From an uncultured archaeon (GTDB taxonomy: Archaea > Asgardarchaeota > Lokiarchaeia > Sigyniarchaeales > SOKP01), in assembly GCA_964388035.1 (NCBI GenBank), contig CAYLZE010000070.1, positions 1 to 26,446 on the forward strand: DNA of 26,446 nucleotides, written 5' to 3'. The notes beneath the pieces are model-generated. The model had not been told where the DNA came from and ran no database searches. It was given only the letters and a program-made list of their open reading frames with translations. This document shows, in pieces, positions 22,482-26,446 of the stretch. Within the stretch, counting starts at the first letter, position 1. Every line of letters starts with the position of its first letter. The translations under genes and the position numbers were made by a program.

Positions 22482-23912
22482 ATGTCAAAATACGCACTAT
22501 CACGAGTGAAAAAGGATGATGGTACTATCATTTCTAAATATGGAAGTAATTTTCTCTTGGAATTTCCTCAAGATGAATTCCATGCACCCATATTGCATTT
22601 GCAAGGTAAACCATACGAAATTGGGTATGCACGCTCTATTTTAAGTGCACATTTGTTCCAAGATTTACTTCATTTGGAACTAAGTCCCATGTATGCTATT
22701 GTAGGGGGATGGAATCCATTAGTAAGAGGGTTACCAACGCTTGAACACATGGAAGCAGGACGCGAAAGATTGTTTGCTCTAGCAAGTAAAAATATTTTAC
22801 CTGCTATTGAAAAGCAAGCTCCTGAATATTTAGAAGAGTTGAAAGGAGTACATGCTGCTTATGAAGATATGGGAATTCCTCTTACTTGGGAGGACATTAT
22901 TAATGTGCATTGTGATCCGGAAGGTATGTTAACTGCAGGAGCGTGTTCTAATTTTGCAGCATGGGGAAAAGCGACATTGAATGGGAAGTTAATCCGGGGA
23001 GATAATCTGGATTTAAGACATTTTGGGAACATGCATAAAGGAGTGGGCGTATCCGTCGTAAAACCTCACGAGGGGTATTCCTACATTCAAGTTGGTTTAC
23101 TTGCGACTATCACTGGTTCTACTTATTTAAACGAAGAAGGATTAAACTACGGAGAAAATACCTCTCCTTCTGATAATGTAAATTGGCCCCAAATTCCCCA
23201 TCTAATGCATGCTAAAAAAATTGCGCAATATGCAAAAAATATTGAAGAATCATACGATATTTTAAAAAAAACAGGGGGTACTACCGGCTGGAATAACTTA
23301 ATATGTGAAACCAATTCATCTTATCCGCATGCGGTAGTAATTGAAAATACGGGAAAAGAAATTGCGATAAGAGAAGAAGATCCTGAGTTATTAAATGTGA
23401 TTTGGAGTACTAATTTCTTTAATTGCTACCCCGGATGGCAAGGGTATGAAGGGCCTAATTTGATACCCGGTCAAATTGAATACTTATCACGGCATCTGGA
23501 TTATCTCAAGATTCAAGATATCGATGATTCTCCTCTTTCTTGGGAAGATGTGAACACGCTTGAAAAATGGAAAAAAAGATTTCAATGTCCCCGCTATAAT
23601 CAATACCGGAAATTATTAAAAGAAAATTATGGAAGAATAGATGTAAATAAAGCCATAGAAATTCAAAGTGACCCGGAATTTACCACTAAACGGACTTCTC
23701 CGCTCCTTCAGCTAACACCTATCGTACCGATGCTTTTTGGAAGAAAAGGTGCAATCCATTATCAAGCCTTATTTAGCGTGTACAGTGCTATTATAGTTCC
23801 AGAAGATAAAGACATCTGGGTGGCAAATGGTGCCGAATATGCTCAAAAAGCAACGTGGTGGAAAATTAACCTTGATGCACAATTAAAATTGATGGAAAAA
23901 TTAGATGATTAA
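22482..23912 (+). CDS. Ntn-hydrolase, peptidase C45 / acid-ceramidase-like autoproteolytic amidase or acyltransferase
   Basis: LQGKPYEIGY, PEYLEELKG, a predicted autocleavage nucleophile GA|CSNFAAWG.AT.NG.LIRGDNLD, LNEEGL and PRY..Y. No signal peptide. Confidence 0.87.
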   Translation: MSKYALSRVKKDDGTIISKYGSNFLLEFPQDEFHAPILHLQGKPYEIGYARSILSAHLFQDLLHLELSPMYAIVGGWNPLVRGLPTLEHMEAGRERLFALASKNILPAIEKQAPEYLEELKGVHAAYEDMGIPLTWEDIINVHCDPEGMLTAGACSNFAAWGKATLNGKLIRGDNLDLRHFGNMHKGVGVSVVKPHEGYSYIQVGLLATITGSTYLNEEGLNYGENTSPSDNVNWPQIPHLMHAKKIAQYAKNIEESYDILKKTGGTTGWNNLICETNSSYPHAVVIENTGKEIAIREEDPELLNVIWSTNFFNCYPGWQGYEGPNLIPGQIEYLSRHLDYLKIQDIDDSPLSWEDVNTLEKWKKRFQCPRYNQYRKLLKENYGRIDVNKAIEIQSDPEFTTKRTSPLLQLTPIVPMLFGRKGAIHYQALFSVYSAIIVPEDKDIWVANGAEYAQKATWWKINLDAQLKLMEKLDD

Positions 23913-23946
23913 AAATTAAAAAAAAAATTAAACGAGAAAGATAAAA

Positions 23947-25314
23947 TTGAAAATGAAAAAGGACAATAATAAGGATGAAGCAAGTCTTCAAATAACAGAA
24001 GATAAGGTCGATTTTAATAAGATGGAAATTGTCCCCAAATCTAAGACTTATTTAAAGTATTTACTTCTTGTCTTAGTATTTTGTCAAATCTTAGATTCAT
24101 ATACTTCTGATAGCGTTCCTCAAAGAATTACTGCGGTAGTCCTGGATTTTTTTCCCAATGTGCCTTTTGAGGTTGGTTTAGCAAATTACCAAATCGCAAC
24201 GTCATTTATCTCATTAGGGTTAACTTTTGTAATATTTTTGCAAATGATGGCTGATCGCTCGGGACGGAAGAAATTATTATTAATTACGACTTTCCTCATG
24301 GGTTTTATTCCTTTATTACAGGTATTTATTCATGATTTTACTCTTTACGTGATTGCAGCATTCTTCTTAGCTTTAGTAACTCAAGCAGATATTTGGGCGA
24401 TTTATGTGAATGAGGAAGCTCCTAAGGGGAAAAATGCAACTTGGACCTCCCTACTCTTTCTTGGAGGTACCATAGGAGGACTTTTCATTCCTATCATGAG
24501 GGGAATCTATATTACTAATGATCCTGCAACCTCAAATTGGCGAGGAATGTTATTTTTCTCGATAATATTGGGATTTACATTAACCGTTATCATCCTATTT
24601 ACTATTAAAGAAACCACGGCTTTTGAAATTAGACACTTAAATCTCAATCAATCCATGGATGCACAAAAAAACAAATATTCTATTAAAGAGATTTTTTCTA
24701 TCGTATTTTCAAAGGAAAGAAGGAAAACAATGCTGGGCATTTATGTAATAGGCATCGCATGGGTCTTTGGAACCATTTTTCTTCGACTTGCCGAACCTTA
24801 TGCCATGAATTATACGGAAATAACTGTATCCGATTATAATATCATATTGATTCTTGCCATTATTGGCTCCAGTATCGGTGGCATCCTGACAGGATTAATG
24901 GCAGATAAATTTGGAAGGAGAAAAATGATCATGCTTTATGCTTTCCTAATGCCGACAGTTTCCCTCATCGCAATACTTTGGACAATGAATCTTCAAGTTC
25001 AGATTTTACGGATATTATTAACATCAATAATGATGATGCTTGCATTAACAACAGGATATGGATTATGGGCACTGATTATAATCATAATAACAGAAATGGT
25101 TCCTACTGAAACTAGAGGATTTTCTGCTGGATTGAAGATGTCCATAATGGCGGTAACGTCATTCTTTGTCAACTTAATTATTGGAAACTTGCTTTTAGTC
25201 ATTCAACTACTTCAAATACTGTTAATATTTAGCTGTACCTTATTTATCATCATTCCAATAACGTACATTATACTGCCTGAAACAAAAGGAAGAAACTTGA
25301 CAGAACTCAAGTAA
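23947..25314 (+). CDS. MFS transporter (sugar/organic acid type)
   Basis: Motif A occurs twice (MADRSGRKK, MADKFGRRK), with EMVPTETRG and C-terminal LPETKG. About 12 TM helices. The start is TTG 23947 or ATG 23953. Confidence 0.93.
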   Translation: MKMKKDNNKDEASLQITEDKVDFNKMEIVPKSKTYLKYLLLVLVFCQILDSYTSDSVPQRITAVVLDFFPNVPFEVGLANYQIATSFISLGLTFVIFLQMMADRSGRKKLLLITTFLMGFIPLLQVFIHDFTLYVIAAFFLALVTQADIWAIYVNEEAPKGKNATWTSLLFLGGTIGGLFIPIMRGIYITNDPATSNWRGMLFFSIILGFTLTVIILFTIKETTAFEIRHLNLNQSMDAQKNKYSIKEIFSIVFSKERRKTMLGIYVIGIAWVFGTIFLRLAEPYAMNYTEITVSDYNIILILAIIGSSIGGILTGLMADKFGRRKMIMLYAFLMPTVSLIAILWTMNLQVQILRILLTSIMMMLALTTGYGLWALIIIIITEMVPTETRGFSAGLKMSIMAVTSFFVNLIIGNLLLVIQLLQILLIFSCTLFIIIPITYIILPETKGRNLTELK

Positions 25315-25367
25315 TTAATGATTTTTTTTAAATTCTTATCATTTTCTCTGTTTGAAGGTGATGTAGT

Positions 25368-26345
25368 ATGAGCTTAAATAAAAAAGATCCCGTGCCAATA
25401 ATATTCGATACAGACATGGATTTAGATGTTGATGATGTGGGTGCTCTCGCAGTTCTTAATGCACTTGCAGATTTGGGAGAGACTAATATCCTTGGCATCA
25501 TTTGCGATGTTCCCATTAAGGCGAGTGCTGAATGTGCAATTGCCATAAATAATTATTATGGGCGTAAAATCCCCGTGGGATATATAATGGACGAGAACCT
25601 CAAAACTTCACCTAAATATATACATTATAATAAACTGAGATCAGAGAGAAAACATTTTAAACTTTACAATCAAGAAATTGCGAAGATTTTTCTTTCAGAA
25701 GAGAGTTCAAAGCCTCCAATTTGGGAAGCAGTCTCCCTATATCGGTATCTATTATCTAAAGCAGACGATTCAAGTGTAGTGATTGCAACCGTTGGATTAT
25801 TAACAGTTTTAAGTAAATTATTAGAATCCCAACCAGATAACTATAGCCCATTACCGGGATTCGAACTCGTTAAAAAAAAGGTAAAAAGTTTAATTACGAT
25901 GGGCATTGGTTTATTTCCTAAATCAAAAGATATCTTTAATTGGATTATTGACTGGGAATCGGCGGTAAATGTTATAGAAAAATGGCCCACAAAATTAGTA
26001 GTTCAACCCTTAGGTTCTCAATTTTTAACAGGTAAATCATTATCTTCCAAAACTCCAAAGGATAATCCCGTGCGAGTAAGTTACGAACTTTTATTTGAGG
26101 GAAATAAAATGGGTAATTTTAGTTGGGATCTCATAACGGTGCTCTACGCTGTAAGGGGTGCTGAACCGTATTTCCAAACACTAAACGGATATAAATTAGT
26201 CATGGATTGTGAAATGGGGATGAATTATTGGGAGAAAGATGATAAGCGAGATCCTCCTCATCACATGTTGGAATTAAAAGGAAAAAGAATGGTGGTTGCC
26301 AAATTACTTGAATCATTACTAATACAGCCACCAAAAAAAACGTAA
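25368..26345 (+). CDS. Inosine/uridine-preferring nucleoside hydrolase family protein
   Basis: N-terminal Asp cluster IIFDTDMDLDVDDVGAL, then IPVG, MG...FN and SWDL. AGGTGA SD at 25356-25361. Confidence 0.9.
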   Translation: MSLNKKDPVPIIFDTDMDLDVDDVGALAVLNALADLGETNILGIICDVPIKASAECAIAINNYYGRKIPVGYIMDENLKTSPKYIHYNKLRSERKHFKLYNQEIAKIFLSEESSKPPIWEAVSLYRYLLSKADDSSVVIATVGLLTVLSKLLESQPDNYSPLPGFELVKKKVKSLITMGIGLFPKSKDIFNWIIDWESAVNVIEKWPTKLVVQPLGSQFLTGKSLSSKTPKDNPVRVSYELLFEGNKMGNFSWDLITVLYAVRGAEPYFQTLNGYKLVMDCEMGMNYWEKDDKRDPPHHMLELKGKRMVVAKLLESLLIQPPKKT

Positions 26346-26369
26346 AAGCTGAATTTTGATGATTTAAAG

Positions 26370-26446
26370 CTAATTTATTCCAAATAGTTTCTTTCCATTC
26401 TCAAATAACCATTTTCTTTTCGTTGAATCTTTAAGGGGCAGTTGCA
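26370..26446 (-). CDS. C-terminal 24 aa of a probable amidohydrolase (TIM-barrel, Amidohydro_2-like); runs off the right edge
   Basis: The minus-strand frame gives QLPLKDSTKRKWLFENGKKLFGIN*, resembling the LxL...KxKxLxxNAxxLF tail of this family. Only 24 residues are visible. Confidence 0.6.
   Translation of the reverse strand, partial: QLPLKDSTKRKWLFENGKKLFGIN

Noticed and set aside
22940-23015. GDNLD instead of GRNxD in the Ntn hydrolase as a sign of inactivation
   Set aside because: This position varies in the C45 family, and the nucleophilic Cys and downstream Asp are retained.
12684-25546. Short opposite-strand or alternate-frame ORFs (12684, 14440, 15365, 18003, 19634, 19657, 21517, 22111, 24999, 25328)
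   Set aside because: Each overlaps a well-supported gene and has no independent motif.
1-26446. tRNA, rRNA, CRISPR array, IS element, or Sir2-based antiphage system
   Set aside because: No GC-rich structured RNA, regular repeat-spacer pattern or transposase was seen by eye. The sirtuin is a canonical Zn-binding deacylase, not a ThsA/DSR-type NADase.

Overview
AT-rich archaeal chromosomal window, most consistent with an Asgard archaeon (Lokiarchaeia-like). The evidence is an archaeal proteasome alpha subunit, a Rab-like GTPase with no prenylation tail, an AOR-family tungstoenzyme, FmdE, TATA-type promoters and GGAGG/AGGTG Shine-Dalgarno sites; the taxonomy is an inference. It holds about 21 protein-coding genes, two of them cut by the window edges and missing from the ORF track (an AOR at the left, an amidohydrolase C-terminus at the right). 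No tRNA, rRNA, CRISPR array or transposase was recognised. Main observations: (1) a 2507-aa all-helical cytoplasmic protein built from a near-exact 204-aa (612-bp) super-repeat, co-oriented with a winged-helix protein, a stand-alone proteasome alpha subunit and a Rab-like GTPase; (2) a RadA/RecA-fold protein with degenerate Walker motifs and a C-terminal PCNA-binding-like motif; (3) an AOR with a Cys-to-Asp change in its Fe-S motif and no recognisable PEYE motif; (4) a sirtuin with no canonical start codon upstream of its NAD-binding loop, probably starting at ATT; (5) several candidate operator palindromes.
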